From Candidatus Uhrbacteria bacterium (lineage in GTDB: Bacteria; Patescibacteriota; Patescibacteriia; UBA9934; GWF2-40-263), in contig JACPHU010000002.1 in assembly GCA_016188495.1 (NCBI GenBank), positions 7,363-71,362 on the forward strand: DNA of 64,000 nucleotides. Reading direction: 5' to 3'. Positions 1-11,905 of this stretch are shown here, piece by piece. The position numbers and the translations under genes are program-made. The first letter of the stretch is position 1, and each line of letters opens with the position of its first letter. The notes under the pieces are model-generated. The model made no database searches and was not told the DNA's origin. It saw nothing but the letters and a program-made list of their open reading frames with translations.

Positions 1-47
1 CAACGGGAACATCTGTAAATAAACAAAACGAGGCTCGTTATTGGGTT

Positions 48-746
48 GTGTATGAAGAAACGCAATGCAATCCCTTTCCTTGGGAGCGAGGACAACAGTC
101 TGATACCGTCGACGCTTCGGCAGTTATGCAGTTGTATCAAAATCGTTACGGTCTTTCTCTTCTTTCTCTTGATGTGATTGATGGAGAGAATCCAGACACT
201 TCTTGCGAGGCATGCGGATGCAAAACAGGTCGGAAAATACAGGCAGGCGTGGCGACCCAGGAAGTCGTTGATTTTCTTCTTGCAAGCGGATTTTCGGACC
301 AAGAAAAAAAATCCTTACTGAAAACAAAAAAAGAAGAGAACGAAAATTCCTCTTCTAATTCGGTGGTTGATGATGTATTGAGCCAGCGCGCCCAGAAGCT
401 TGGAAAAGAATATAAGCCCGAATCCTCATCAACGTCCTCAGATTCCAGCGTTTCTTCCAAAGATAAACCTGTTGTCGATATTCCCGACGCCATGGCAGAT
501 AATTCTACCAGCCGCCATTCAGGCGACGATGGAATGATCGAGCAGACAGCCAAGTACCTTCAACAGATGTTCTGGGTCTTCTCGTTGGAGGGTGGGTCTT
601 ATCCAGAGAAGATAGAAGAGATAGATCTGACCGGCGTTGATTTGAAAGGGATTCAATATAACCCCATTGAACAAAACGGGGTATTTGCCAGTTATGAATT
701 GCGCGTGGAATATTCCGATGTGATCGAAATCATGCATCCTCTTTAA
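48..746 (+). CDS. hypothetical protein with Ser/Glu/Lys-rich low-complexity central region
   Basis: 232-aa ORF from the six-frame track; no recognisable family motif. Confidence 0.4.
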   Translation: MYEETQCNPFPWERGQQSDTVDASAVMQLYQNRYGLSLLSLDVIDGENPDTSCEACGCKTGRKIQAGVATQEVVDFLLASGFSDQEKKSLLKTKKEENENSSSNSVVDDVLSQRAQKLGKEYKPESSSTSSDSSVSSKDKPVVDIPDAMADNSTSRHSGDDGMIEQTAKYLQQMFWVFSLEGGSYPEKIEEIDLTGVDLKGIQYNPIEQNGVFASYELRVEYSDVIEIMHPL

Positions 747-1399
747 AGATGAAAGTTCTTTTTGAGATCCGCCAGCTTTCCTGTAATCAAGAGTTGGCGT
801 TCGCTTTCCTTGTCCAGTTGAAATGTTTGTGAACCTGATTCTGTGTATTTTGCAGCTGTGATTCCATGAAGATTTGCTTCTGTTGGAGTCAATGGCTGAT
901 TGAGTGTCTGGAACAAAATTTGACACACACGTTCACCTGGATAAATACGGATGACCTGGTTTCCGGCTTCGTTTTGCATGGGGAAAATAAGATGGCCCTT
1001 GTAGCCTGTATCAATAATTCCTGACAGAGAAAGGTCAATACCACGACGGTTAGTTGAGGTACGTGGAAAAAGTACCCCCATCAGATCCATGGCATTAAGC
1101 TCAATTCTCTCGAGACTGGTTCCAATCACAAATTCGTTTGGTAAGAGCTCGAAGTATTGCCCTGGCTGCAGTTGAACTTCGTCGAATTGTTCTTGATGGG
1201 TCTCAACATCATCGATCGCCACTTTTATGGCTCGACGGCCTTTTTCGTCCACAGTCCAGTTACGAGGAATAAGGAATTTATACCCTAATCTTAAATCAAC
1301 GGCATGAGGCTGAATTTGAAATTGATCTAAGGCAGGAGTGAAGACAAGAGCTTTCGTTTCGATCAAGGAAAGGATTTCTTGTCGTATTAAAACAGACAT
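743..1399 (-). CDS. dcd: dCTP deaminase (dUTPase-fold)
   Basis: 218 aa; VDLRLG motif and overall resemblance to the dCTP deaminase/dUTPase family. Confidence 0.75.
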   Translation of the reverse strand: MSVLIRQEILSLIETKALVFTPALDQFQIQPHAVDLRLGYKFLIPRNWTVDEKGRRAIKVAIDDVETHQEQFDEVQLQPGQYFELLPNEFVIGTSLERIELNAMDLMGVLFPRTSTNRRGIDLSLSGIIDTGYKGHLIFPMQNEAGNQVIRIYPGERVCQILFQTLNQPLTPTEANLHGITAAKYTESGSQTFQLDKESERQLLITGKLADLKKNFHL

Positions 1400-1507
1400 A
1401 GGAGAGAGAGGTAGCTATTTCTTGACAAAGGATTCATTTCTGATATCTTTTTGAGTCATCTAACATCAGGATGATGTCAAACAAACGCATGAGACAGGAG
1501 TAAAGAC

Positions 1508-1927
1508 ATGGATGAAGAACATCCTATCAAGCTTTCGTGGGGTATGCGAGCCGGGCTTATGCTTGGAAGACTTTTTTGCGGATTCATGGCTATTGTGTCT
1601 GCCATAAGTGGGATGCTGCTTCTTGTTTGTGAAATAGCTTCATTTGTCATCATGCTCTCGATTCTTGGGGTCGGGATGGCGAAATTATTTAATCCCGTTG
1701 ATTTTATTCAGATCACTTGGGGAGAAATCATTATCGTTCAGTTCTTCATGGTCCTTGCCGCAGTTCTTATTGCTGTTATTGGTGCATTGGTGGCTATTCT
1801 GGGGACGTTTATTTACCTGAGCGGACATTTGATGGAACCAGCGGTCATCGGCGAGGTGCGTTTCCTTGTACGTGATTTGGTTCACGGATATTGTGAAAAC
1901 CGAAAGATGAAAAAGGAGAAAGAGTAA
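1508..1927 (+). CDS. hypothetical integral membrane protein
   Basis: 139 aa, three to four hydrophobic helices; no family assignment. Confidence 0.5.
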   Translation: MDEEHPIKLSWGMRAGLMLGRLFCGFMAIVSAISGMLLLVCEIASFVIMLSILGVGMAKLFNPVDFIQITWGEIIIVQFFMVLAAVLIAVIGALVAILGTFIYLSGHLMEPAVIGEVRFLVRDLVHGYCENRKMKKEKE

Positions 1928-1928
1928 C

Positions 1929-1957
1929 GAACATCTGTAAACGACAGATGTTTTTAA
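1929..1957 (+). terminator. stem-loop aacatctgt/acagatgtt followed by a T-run, after ORF 1508-1927
   Basis: 9-bp inverted repeat plus TTTT immediately 3' of the stop codon. Confidence 0.5.
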
Positions 1958-1960
1958 ATA

Positions 1961-2002
1961 GAAAAACACCTCTTACGCTTTGCGTTAAGAGGTGTTTTTT
2001 TA
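1961..2002 (-). terminator. rho-independent terminator of rplA (bidirectional hairpin)
   Basis: cacctcttacgc / gcgttaagaggtg stem flanked by A-run and T-run, directly 3' of the rplA stop. Confidence 0.6.
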
Positions 2003-2686
2003 TTAAATGGTTGTATCAATTTTTATTCCAGGACCAATCGTTGAAGTAATCGTTGCATTTCTAATGTAGATTCCTTTAGAAGACTGTGGCTTCAAACGTC
2101 GGATCTGTTCTAAAAGGGCACGAAGATTTTCTTCCAGTTGAGCATCGGTAAATGATTTTCGGCCGAAGATTTGGTGAACGTTTCCTGTCGTGTCGTTTTT
2201 AAAGCTTTCTTTACCCGCCTTTTGTTCCTCAACCATTTTTTTCACGTTCGGGCTTACTGTGTCTGTTTTTGGATTTGGCATGAGTCCGCGTGGTCCAAGC
2301 AAACGAGCGAGTTTGGCGAGTTTAGGCATCATTACTGGAGTGGCAACAGCGACGTCAAAATCAATTTCTCCTTTTTGTGCGATCAGGGCAATGAGTTCTT
2401 CGCCTCCGATAAGGTCGGCTCCCGCTGCCTTTGCTTCCGCTTCTTTATCTCCTTCAACAAAAGCCGCCACGCGTTTGGTTTTTCCTGTCCCATGAGGGAA
2501 GGCAATGGTTCCACGAACCTGCTGGTCGGATTTTGTAGCATCAATTCCTAGACGGACATGGAGTTCGATGGACTCGTTGTATTTGGCTGTGGCTGCCTTT
2601 TTACATAAAGCAATCGCCTCAGGGATGGAATAGATCTTCTTTTTATCAACCAATTTTTTGGCTTCTTCAAAACGTTTACTTGGCAT
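2003..2686 (-). CDS. rplA: 50S ribosomal protein L1
   Basis: MPSKRFEEAKK...VRLGIDATKSDQQVRG matches L1; start trimmed to internal Met (ATG at 2684-2686). Confidence 0.9.
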   Translation of the reverse strand: MPSKRFEEAKKLVDKKKIYSIPEAIALCKKAATAKYNESIELHVRLGIDATKSDQQVRGTIAFPHGTGKTKRVAAFVEGDKEAEAKAAGADLIGGEELIALIAQKGEIDFDVAVATPVMMPKLAKLARLLGPRGLMPNPKTDTVSPNVKKMVEEQKAGKESFKNDTTGNVHQIFGRKSFTDAQLEENLRALLEQIRRLKPQSSKGIYIRNATITSTIGPGIKIDTTI

Positions 2687-2745
2687 AGTGGTACGGTCGG
2701 TCCTGTTAAATGGACCTCCCACGATTAAATTTTTATTATTTATTT

Positions 2746-2940
2746 TTTGTAAATCTTCTTAAAATCGATGAGATTGCGGTGCACGTCATGCCGAAGGCAG
2801 ATCCGCCTCTGGCGGAGGCTGCCCGCCCGATCGTCGAACGTTCGTTCGGGCGGGTTGAGCCCCGAGAACCCTACTCAGAGTAGGGAGAACGGGGTCAACG
2901 GGCGCCCGTAAGCCGCAAGATCACTATTTTAAGAAGATTT
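2746..2940. repeat. family-1 palindromic MITE-like repeat, long form (copy A)
   Basis: perfect 15-bp TIR aaatcttcttaaaat/attttaagaagattt; internal gcccgcccga...tcgggcggg hairpin; ccctactcagagtaggg hairpin; similar to copies at 12834, 19406, 38033 and others. Confidence 0.8.
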
Positions 2941-3367
2941 ACTTTATTTCTACACCCATCTGACGTGCCGTTCCCGCAATAATATTCATGGCTGCATCAA
3001 CACTTTGGGTATTCAGATCAGGCATTTTCTTTTCTGCGATTTCTTTCAGCTGTGCCTTGGTAATGGAACCAACTTTGTTGGTGAGAGGATTGGCAGAACC
3101 GGACTTAATCCCAGCAGCTTTTTTGATCATGTCAGAAGCCGGAGCTGTTTTGGTAATGAAATCGAATGTGCGGTCATCGTAGACACTGATCACAACCGGA
3201 ACGGTTTCACCTCGTCGATCCTGTGTTTCGTTATTGAAACGGCTGACAAATTCTCCGATAGGGAGTCCGTGTTGACCCAGAGCTGGTCCGATAGGAGGGG
3301 CTGGTGTTGCGGCACCTCCTGGTACTTGTAATTTGATCTGTGTGACGAGTTTTTTGACTTTTGCCAT
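2939..3367 (-). CDS. rplK: 50S ribosomal protein L11
   Basis: [34 protein letters not shown] is the canonical L11 N-terminus. Confidence 0.92.
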   Translation of the reverse strand: MAKVKKLVTQIKLQVPGGAATPAPPIGPALGQHGLPIGEFVSRFNNETQDRRGETVPVVISVYDDRTFDFITKTAPASDMIKKAAGIKSGSANPLTNKVGSITKAQLKEIAEKKMPDLNTQSVDAAMNIIAGTARQMGVEIK

Positions 3368-3432
3368 ACTTTTTATAGTGGATTCCCTTGTTTAAGGGCA
3401 ACCACGGCTACGAATAATGCGAATCTTATACC

Positions 3433-3978
3433 TTAGATTTTTTTAATTTGCAAGAAATCGAGCTCAACAGGAGTTTCGCGACCAAACAAATTAACCAGAA
3501 CTTTGATTTTGCCGCGTTCTTCATCAATTTCAGAAACTTTTCCTTCCTGGCCTTTGAAAGGACCGTCTGTAATGGTGACGGAAGAACCTTTTTCAACATC
3601 AAGTTTATATTCCGGTTCATTTACGCCCATGCGTTTTTGAAGAGCTTCCATTTCCGTTTCTGCAATAGGAGTTGGGGTTGTTCCCGTTCCGATAAACCCG
3701 GTGACGTTTGGTGTATTGCGCACGACATACCAAGAGTCGTCTGTTACAACCATTTCTACGAGAACGTATCCCGGAAAGATTTTTTCTTCCACGGTTTTGC
3801 GTTTTCCGTTTTTAATTTTGATCTTTTTTTCCTTTGGAACCAAGACATTGAAGATTTTGTCCTCCATGTCCATGGTCTCGATACGTTGGGTCAGGTTTTC
3901 CGCTACGTTTTCTTCATATCCTGAATACGTATGGATCGCAAACCAACGTCGTCCAAAATTCGCTGTCTGTTTTGCCAT
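3433..3978 (-). CDS. nusG: transcription termination/antitermination factor NusG
   Basis: 181 aa; NGN and KOW regions (ITDGPFKGQEGKVSEID); conserved secE-nusG-rplK-rplA order. Confidence 0.88.
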   Translation of the reverse strand: MAKQTANFGRRWFAIHTYSGYEENVAENLTQRIETMDMEDKIFNVLVPKEKKIKIKNGKRKTVEEKIFPGYVLVEMVVTDDSWYVVRNTPNVTGFIGTGTTPTPIAETEMEALQKRMGVNEPEYKLDVEKGSSVTITDGPFKGQEGKVSEIDEERGKIKVLVNLFGRETPVELDFLQIKKI

Positions 3979-3982
3979 AGGA

Positions 3983-4207
3983 TTAATTTGTTTTAAGAAT
4001 GAGCCATTCCACTCCCTGAGAAAGCAGAATATCTAAGCCTCCTAAAAATAAGGCAAGAATAACGCATAAGCCGATCACGACGATCGAGTACTTCAGTGTC
4101 TCTTGTTTGCTTGGCCAAGTGACTTTGCGCAGTTCTTCGGTTGATTCTTTCAGATAACGGAATAACCAACGAATCGGATTTTCTTTCTTGTGCGTAATAG
4201 AGGACAT
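3983..4207 (-). CDS. secE: preprotein translocase subunit SecE
   Basis: 74 aa, single C-terminal TM helix; position immediately upstream of nusG. Confidence 0.75.
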   Translation of the reverse strand: MSSITHKKENPIRWLFRYLKESTEELRKVTWPSKQETLKYSIVVIGLCVILALFLGGLDILLSQGVEWLILKTN

Positions 4208-4287
4208 AAGCGTATTTTAAAAGGCCCGCTTGAGGGGCCATTTACTCAAACTATAAAGCAAACACTTCTTTTTTGCAAGACTCATCC

Positions 4288-4320
4288 ATGAAATAAAAAA
4301 ATGACCACGAAAGTGGTCAG
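4288..4320 (-). terminator. rho-independent terminator of ORF 4317-5126
   Basis: tgaccacgaaagtggtca hairpin overlapping the stop codon with an A/T run. Confidence 0.55.
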
Positions 4321-5126
4321 AAAGGGTTTTTTGTAGTGATGGCCCGTTCATAGGCTGGGGTCAGTCTATTTCGAAAAAGTCGGTAAACAAAGGCATCATC
4401 GATTTTTGGAGGTACGATGATCGTCAAGATGTGAGAACGATGGATATTGTCGAATAAAATTTCCCCCATTTCTCGAATAGCTTTTGTACTTTTCAGACAC
4501 ACCAGATAGAGACTTGTCTGGTCTCCTGTCAAACGGATCACTGTCTCTGTTGCTGATTCAAAAAATGGGGTCATGCATACGTCCTTGAGCCAGGACTCTT
4601 TTGAGGATGTTGCTTGGATGGCTGTGAGAAGCTTTTGGGCGCCCACAGGATCCATCTGTCCTTCTTTGAGTTTGAGGGAGATTTTTTGAAGTTCAAACAA
4701 ATCTGCTTGAGAGCGTTTCCAATACTCCATTCCTAAGGTTGAAAGAATCTCTCTGAGCTGGGTCAATTGTTCTTTGAGTTCCTCCATGATCGATTCGTCT
4801 GATCGCCAGAGATGTACTTTTATCGTAATCACGGGAATGATTCCGTAAAAACCTTTCTTGTAGGTGTGTAAGTACTTTCTCAGACCCGCTGTTGAGCTTT
4901 TGACCTGCACATACAGCTGGATTCCATCGGTTGTATCGCAGACAATATCGATCCCTTGTTGATCCTCTTCTTGCGAGGCCATACGAACATTCGTCAACCA
5001 ACCTAGCTCTTCTTTCATTCTCCCGATAATGGTGAGAGCTCGTTTTTCGTTGTGGATACCAAGTAAGTGAGCCGCCCGCAGACGACTCACCGGCAAATGT
5101 CCGATGCGTCTACGGTATTCTTTCAT
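4317..5126 (-). CDS. hypothetical protein
   Basis: ORF trimmed to MKEYRRR start (ATG 5124-5126) preceded by aggagt RBS; no family recognised. Confidence 0.5.
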   Translation of the reverse strand: MKEYRRRIGHLPVSRLRAAHLLGIHNEKRALTIIGRMKEELGWLTNVRMASQEEDQQGIDIVCDTTDGIQLYVQVKSSTAGLRKYLHTYKKGFYGIIPVITIKVHLWRSDESIMEELKEQLTQLREILSTLGMEYWKRSQADLFELQKISLKLKEGQMDPVGAQKLLTAIQATSSKESWLKDVCMTPFFESATETVIRLTGDQTSLYLVCLKSTKAIREMGEILFDNIHRSHILTIIVPPKIDDAFVYRLFRNRLTPAYERAITTKNPF

Positions 5127-5247
5127 GACCGTTACTCCTGCAATTACAAGGAACAATTTTCTATTTAAGGAAAGGGTTTTGAGATGGATTCTCTTACTGA
5201 AGAATCCCGTTTGATCACCCTACGCATCCAGAGAAATGATGTCAATG

Positions 5248-5277
5248 AAAAAACGAGAGTCAAGACTCTCGTTTTTT
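5248..5277 (-). terminator. rho-independent terminator of gyrB
   Basis: aaaaaacgagagtcaagactctcgtttttt, perfect stem with flanking A/T runs. Confidence 0.65.
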
Positions 5278-5278
5278 A

Positions 5279-7378
<2,100 letters not shown>

Positions 7379-7458
7379 TCAGATTCTTTGTCATTTCGTC
7401 ACAAGTTTACAGGAAACCTTCTGTTTATCCAAGTGAGGTCATCTGTGAGCTGTTTTGC

Positions 7459-8397
7459 ATGGTATACTTTGAGTATATGAATGAAGGAGGGTTTCTCCTG
7501 GAAGAAAAAAAGGAGGACAAGCGTTTTTTTCGCCTGTCTTTTTGGTGGGTCGAACATCGTGCGGGGTTACAACGGTTAGGATATCTTTTTTTTATTCTGA
7601 TCGATGCGTGTTTGCTTCTGTTTGTTTTTTGGAATTTGCTAGACGCCTTTGCGATTAGTTCTTTAAAGGAAGAACGTGCTGTTGCCCAGATGGTTGCGTA
7701 TGGTCAATCAGATTTAAATGCGTATACGCGCGCTCATCGCGCGCAGGATCTGGTCGAAGGCCGTCCTCAGGTTTTTTCTACAGGATCAGGTCGGTATGAC
7801 GTATATACGACGCTCCAAAATCCAAATACGGATTGGTGGGCTGAATTTACGTATTCATTTGCGACCAATAGTGGATCAACTGATTCTCAAAAGGGATTTA
7901 TTCTTCCAGGAGAAGAAAAACCCGTTGTTGTTCTTGGAATAGAATCCGGAACACCTCTTACTTCCACATCTCTTTCCCTTGAAACGGTTCGCTGGCACCG
8001 GATCGATCATCATCTCGTGGCCGATTATCAAACATGGATAAAAGATAGATCAGCGATCGACGCTCTAGATACTCAGTTTTCTCAAGAATCTTATGTTGAC
8101 GGAAAAACGTATGGAAGAGCGACGTTTTCTCTGAAAAATGATACAGCTTTCAGTTATTATGATTTAGGTTTATTTGTTCTGTTAAAACGCGGTTCAGCGG
8201 TAGTGGGTATTAATAGAACAACACTTTCTGTCATAGAAAGTGGAGAAAAAGTTGATGTAACACTGAATTGGTTTGGTACGTTGCCGTCGGTTACCCAAGT
8301 GGAAGTGATTCCTGAGTTAAATGTATTTGATTTAGATGCGTATAAGCCGTTAAGTGGAGAAACAACTCGTGATACACGTACGCGCGTCTTTAGATAA
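7459..8397 (+). CDS. hypothetical membrane-anchored protein
   Basis: 312 aa with N-terminal TM helix; no family recognised. Confidence 0.45.
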   Translation: MVYFEYMNEGGFLLEEKKEDKRFFRLSFWWVEHRAGLQRLGYLFFILIDACLLLFVFWNLLDAFAISSLKEERAVAQMVAYGQSDLNAYTRAHRAQDLVEGRPQVFSTGSGRYDVYTTLQNPNTDWWAEFTYSFATNSGSTDSQKGFILPGEEKPVVVLGIESGTPLTSTSLSLETVRWHRIDHHLVADYQTWIKDRSAIDALDTQFSQESYVDGKTYGRATFSLKNDTAFSYYDLGLFVLLKRGSAVVGINRTTLSVIESGEKVDVTLNWFGTLPSVTQVEVIPELNVFDLDAYKPLSGETTRDTRTRVFR

Positions 8398-8400
8398 ATC

Positions 8401-9549
8401 ATGTTTAAAATACAAACTCAACGTTTTTTTCGATTTTTTTATCCGTTGCGATCGATAGATTGGCTTTTATTTTTGTCGATTTTTTCCCTTCTTTTGATAG
8501 GTCTCTCCGCTATTTACTCCGTCGAACTTTCACAGGACGTTTCAGAATTTATTCATGTACAAAAACAGGTTTTGGCCATTTTTTTGGGTATCGCTGTTTT
8601 TTTCTGTATCGCTCCTTCTAATTACAAACTTCTTCAGAATTATGCGCTGGTTTTGTATTTTTTATGCGCATTGCTTTTGATCGGCGTGTTGGTTCTGGGT
8701 GAGACGATTCGTGGTTCGACCGGTTGGTTTGTGATCGGTTTTGTGAGTTTCCAACCTGTTGAATTAATGAAAGTGAGTTTGGTGATTGCCCTAGCAACCT
8801 ATTTTTCACGTCAGGGGAGACGTCCGTTCGACGCCAGAATGTTTTTGGAAAGCGGGTTCATCAGTTTTATTCCTGTCATGCTTGTTTTACTTCAACCGGA
8901 TTTTGGATCTGCGTCTATCCTATTAGGAATTTGGTTTTTCTTTCTTTTTTTTGCAGGAATTCCTTGGAGATATCTTTTTTATCTCGCGCTAGCGGGCTGT
9001 GTTCTTTTTTTTATCAGTTGGAATTTCCTTTTCGCCGATTATCAAATAGCCCGTATCATGACGTTTCTTGATCCAAGTTTGGACCCATTGGGAAAGGGAT
9101 ATAACGTCACACAAGCCATCATTGCGGTTGGATCCGGAGGATGGTTTGGCAGCGGATTGGGGTTTGGGACCCAGAGTCAGCTGAAGTTTCTTCCCGAAAG
9201 CCAAACAGATTTTATTTTTGCTGTTATTGCGGAAGAATTAGGGTTTTTTGGAGTGTTTCTGTTACTATCCGCTTTCGGTCTATGTCTTTTCCGATTAGGA
9301 CGTCAGGTTTCGCATTCCAGAGATGATTTCACGGCATATCTGGTGTTGGGAATTGCCACCGTTTTTTTTCTTCAAATAGTAGTAAATATCGGAATGAATC
9401 TAGGACTTTTCCCTGTCACGGGAATTGGACTGCCTTTTGTCAGTTACGGGGGAAGCTCGCTTATTGTGATGTTTAGTTTGTTCGCGATCGCTCAGAGCGT
9501 TGCCATTCACTATCGCAGTGGTCATGCGGATGTGGGTGTGTTATCGTAA
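8401..9549 (+). CDS. ftsW: SEDS family peptidoglycan polymerase FtsW/RodA
   Basis: 382 aa polytopic; LQPDFGSA, FIFAVIAEELGF and GLPFVSYGGSS motifs typical of FtsW/RodA. Confidence 0.85.
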   Translation: MFKIQTQRFFRFFYPLRSIDWLLFLSIFSLLLIGLSAIYSVELSQDVSEFIHVQKQVLAIFLGIAVFFCIAPSNYKLLQNYALVLYFLCALLLIGVLVLGETIRGSTGWFVIGFVSFQPVELMKVSLVIALATYFSRQGRRPFDARMFLESGFISFIPVMLVLLQPDFGSASILLGIWFFFLFFAGIPWRYLFYLALAGCVLFFISWNFLFADYQIARIMTFLDPSLDPLGKGYNVTQAIIAVGSGGWFGSGLGFGTQSQLKFLPESQTDFIFAVIAEELGFFGVFLLLSAFGLCLFRLGRQVSHSRDDFTAYLVLGIATVFFLQIVVNIGMNLGLFPVTGIGLPFVSYGGSSLIVMFSLFAIAQSVAIHYRSGHADVGVLS

Positions 9550-9604
9550 TCTTGATGAGGCTGTTCTTGTTATGATTTATTGTTCATCTGTTATTTACTA
9601 TTTT

Positions 9605-10018
9605 ATGTCTTCAATTCTTGGTTCAGAATCTTGGAACGAGGGACTCAAACTCGTCTCTTTTTGTCCGATCTGTGAGACCCGGTATAATCCCATGGAGGCA
9701 CGAATGCTTGGAAAACAAGCAGATGCACATCTTTTGTATATCCAATGTCGTAAATGTGAACATTCCATTCTAGCTCTTGTTTTGGTGAATCAAGTGGGAG
9801 CCAGTTCTATAGGTCTGCTTACAGACTTGGCTTATGAAGATATCCTTCGATTCCGTTCAAATCAAAAAGTCACCGTTGACGATGTGATTGCGACGCATGC
9901 TCTATTGGAATCAAATGATTGGGAAAACGTTCTTGGAGTTTTTTCTGAAAAAAAGAAACATCCTTCTGTTTTACAAAAACGTGAAAAAAAGGAACAAAAG
10001 AATAAAGCCACGCGATAA
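9605..10018 (+). CDS. hypothetical zinc-ribbon protein
   Basis: CPIC...CRKC pair; start trimmed to internal ATG 9605. Confidence 0.4.
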   Translation: MSSILGSESWNEGLKLVSFCPICETRYNPMEARMLGKQADAHLLYIQCRKCEHSILALVLVNQVGASSIGLLTDLAYEDILRFRSNQKVTVDDVIATHALLESNDWENVLGVFSEKKKHPSVLQKREKKEQKNKATR

Positions 10019-10081
10019 ATCAGTTCTCCTTGACTTTTCTTTCGAGATTAAGCACAATGCTGGCGAAATTATTGGATTTTT

Positions 10082-10747
10082 ATGAGTCAAAATATTCTTG
10101 AAGCAAAAATACGTTCTGAAAAAGGACGTAAAACAGGTGTTTTACGCTCTGTTGGATCTGTCCCAGCCGTTGTGTATGGAGTAAACACAAAACCACAAAT
10201 GATCACTGTGGATAGAAATCAGTTTATTAAAATGTACCAAGCGGCAGGAGAGAGTTCTATTGTTGAATTAAAGATTGATCAGGGTGAAGCCCTTCACGTC
10301 TTGATTCAAGATTATCAAATCGATCCGATGCGAAGTGAAATTTCTCACGTCGATTTTCGTTCGATCGATATGAATAAGGAGATCGAAACAGAAGTAGATC
10401 TCGAATTTGTGGGACAAGCTCCGGCTGTCAAAGTACTGGGTGGTATCCTCGTCACTTCACGCGAATCTGTAGGAATACGTTGTTTACCTTCACACTTTGT
10501 TCGTTCTATCGCGGTAGATTTAGGCAAGCTCGTGACATTTGATGATGTGATTCGTGTGTCTGATCTCGTCATTTCCGAAGGGATAAAGATTATGGAAGAA
10601 CCAACACTGTCTATCGCTGTTGTGATGCCTCCACGATCAGACGCTGAGTTAGAAGCATTGAATGCCGCTGTTGAAGAAAATGTGACTTCTGTAGAAACCG
10701 TAGAAAAGAAAAAGGAAGAACCTGCAGATGAACAACCATCAAAGTAA
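10082..10747 (+). CDS. rplY: 50S ribosomal protein L25 / general stress protein Ctc
   Basis: 221 aa; N-terminal L25 beta-barrel (KTGVLRSVGSVPAVVYG) plus Ctc-type C-terminal extension. Confidence 0.82.
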   Translation: MSQNILEAKIRSEKGRKTGVLRSVGSVPAVVYGVNTKPQMITVDRNQFIKMYQAAGESSIVELKIDQGEALHVLIQDYQIDPMRSEISHVDFRSIDMNKEIETEVDLEFVGQAPAVKVLGGILVTSRESVGIRCLPSHFVRSIAVDLGKLVTFDDVIRVSDLVISEGIKIMEEPTLSIAVVMPPRSDAELEALNAAVEENVTSVETVEKKKEEPADEQPSK

Positions 10748-11849
10748 CATGTCTGGTATCCAGAAAAGATCCATCGACTTAATCCATTGGTTTAAGTCTT
10801 TAAAGAAAACTGACCGGCTTCTGTTGGTCGGTTTTCTTATTGCTGTCGTTCTTAGTGTATTTTGTTTGATGTTAATACCTCAGTTTTTTTATCAAACATC
10901 AAAAATCCAACCTTCTGACGACAAACAAACACAGGCAGTGATTGAACCCACCTATCGCCATCCGTTGACAGGTTCTCTTCTTTACGAAGAGAAGATAAGT
11001 CTTCCGCAGGTTTTTAGTGTCATGATCGATAATCACGAGGATGCTTGGCCACCTTCTGGATTAGAGGAAGCTTTTTTGGTGATTGAAGCACCCGTAGAGG
11101 GGGGTATTTCGCGGACGCTGGCTTTTTTTAGTAACGAACAGGAGGTAGAAAAAATTGGTCCTGTACGTTCTGCGCGTCCTTATTTTCTCGATTGGGCCAA
11201 TGAGTTAGACGCTGTCTATACGCATGTGGGTGGGTCTAATGCCGCTTTGGATTTAATTGCTTCTGGGGGAACATTTGATTTGAATGAGTATTGGTGGGGA
11301 GATTATTTTTGGAGGTCGAACGATCGTTACGCTCCTCATAACGTCTATACTTCCACGAAACTTCTTAATGAGTATTATGAGTTTCGAGAAGAGCAAGGAA
11401 AAACGCCAGAACGTCTTTATGGATTTTGGAAGTTTAAAGATCCTGAGTCCGTTCCAACGGTTGTCTCTCAGATACATATAGATTTTTCAACGCCTGTGTA
11501 CGTGGTTGATTGGGTTTATGACTCTCAGACACAAACGTATACACGATCTCAGTTTCACCAACGTCACCTTGCATCCTCTGGGAAGCAGATAAACGCGAAT
11601 AATATTGCTGTTGTCATCACAGACATTGATGTGATTGATTCCATTGGACGTCGTGAAATTCGAACGCTCGGAGAGGGGCAGGCGATTATTTTTCAAGATG
11701 GACAGATGATAAAGGCTTTATGGAAGAAGTCATCACACACAGAACGTTTGGCGTTTTATGATGCACAAAGCCAGAAGGAAATTTTTATGAATGCAGGAGT
11801 AACCTGGATTGAGGTGATCGAAAGTGAGGATGAATTGATGTATCAATAA
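10728..11849 (+). CDS. DUF3048-like (YerB-like) secreted/membrane-anchored protein
   Basis: N-terminal TM/signal; central region resembles DUF3048 lipoproteins; recalled similarity only. Confidence 0.4.
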   Translation: MNNHQSNMSGIQKRSIDLIHWFKSLKKTDRLLLVGFLIAVVLSVFCLMLIPQFFYQTSKIQPSDDKQTQAVIEPTYRHPLTGSLLYEEKISLPQVFSVMIDNHEDAWPPSGLEEAFLVIEAPVEGGISRTLAFFSNEQEVEKIGPVRSARPYFLDWANELDAVYTHVGGSNAALDLIASGGTFDLNEYWWGDYFWRSNDRYAPHNVYTSTKLLNEYYEFREEQGKTPERLYGFWKFKDPESVPTVVSQIHIDFSTPVYVVDWVYDSQTQTYTRSQFHQRHLASSGKQINANNIAVVITDIDVIDSIGRREIRTLGEGQAIIFQDGQMIKALWKKSSHTERLAFYDAQSQKEIFMNAGVTWIEVIESEDELMYQ

Positions 11850-11905
11850 TAACTGTTTAAATTTAAAAGCCGATCGTTTTGGAATGGTCTCAAAACGATC
11901 GGCTT

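Noticed and set aside
8-1941. Identical 13-mer gaacatctgtaaa at 8-20 and 1929-1941.
   Set aside because: It is a single short exact match with no extended similarity either side. The second copy is part of a terminator stem. Most likely chance.
2171-2551. Antisense and overlapping ORFs inside well-supported genes, for example 2171-2551 and 2190-2495 inside rplA, 5434-5805 inside gyrB, and 16199-16765 inside ORF 15671.
   Set aside because: They lie opposite to or out of frame with genes that have strong homology, and they show low-complexity, codon-mirror composition. They are spurious.
3368-3432. Possible L1-binding autoregulatory structure in the rplK leader (hairpin cccttaaacaaggg on the mRNA strand).
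   Set aside because: It is only a 5-bp stem, and it lacks the recognisable GGGAG-containing asymmetric loop of known L1 sites. The evidence is insufficient.
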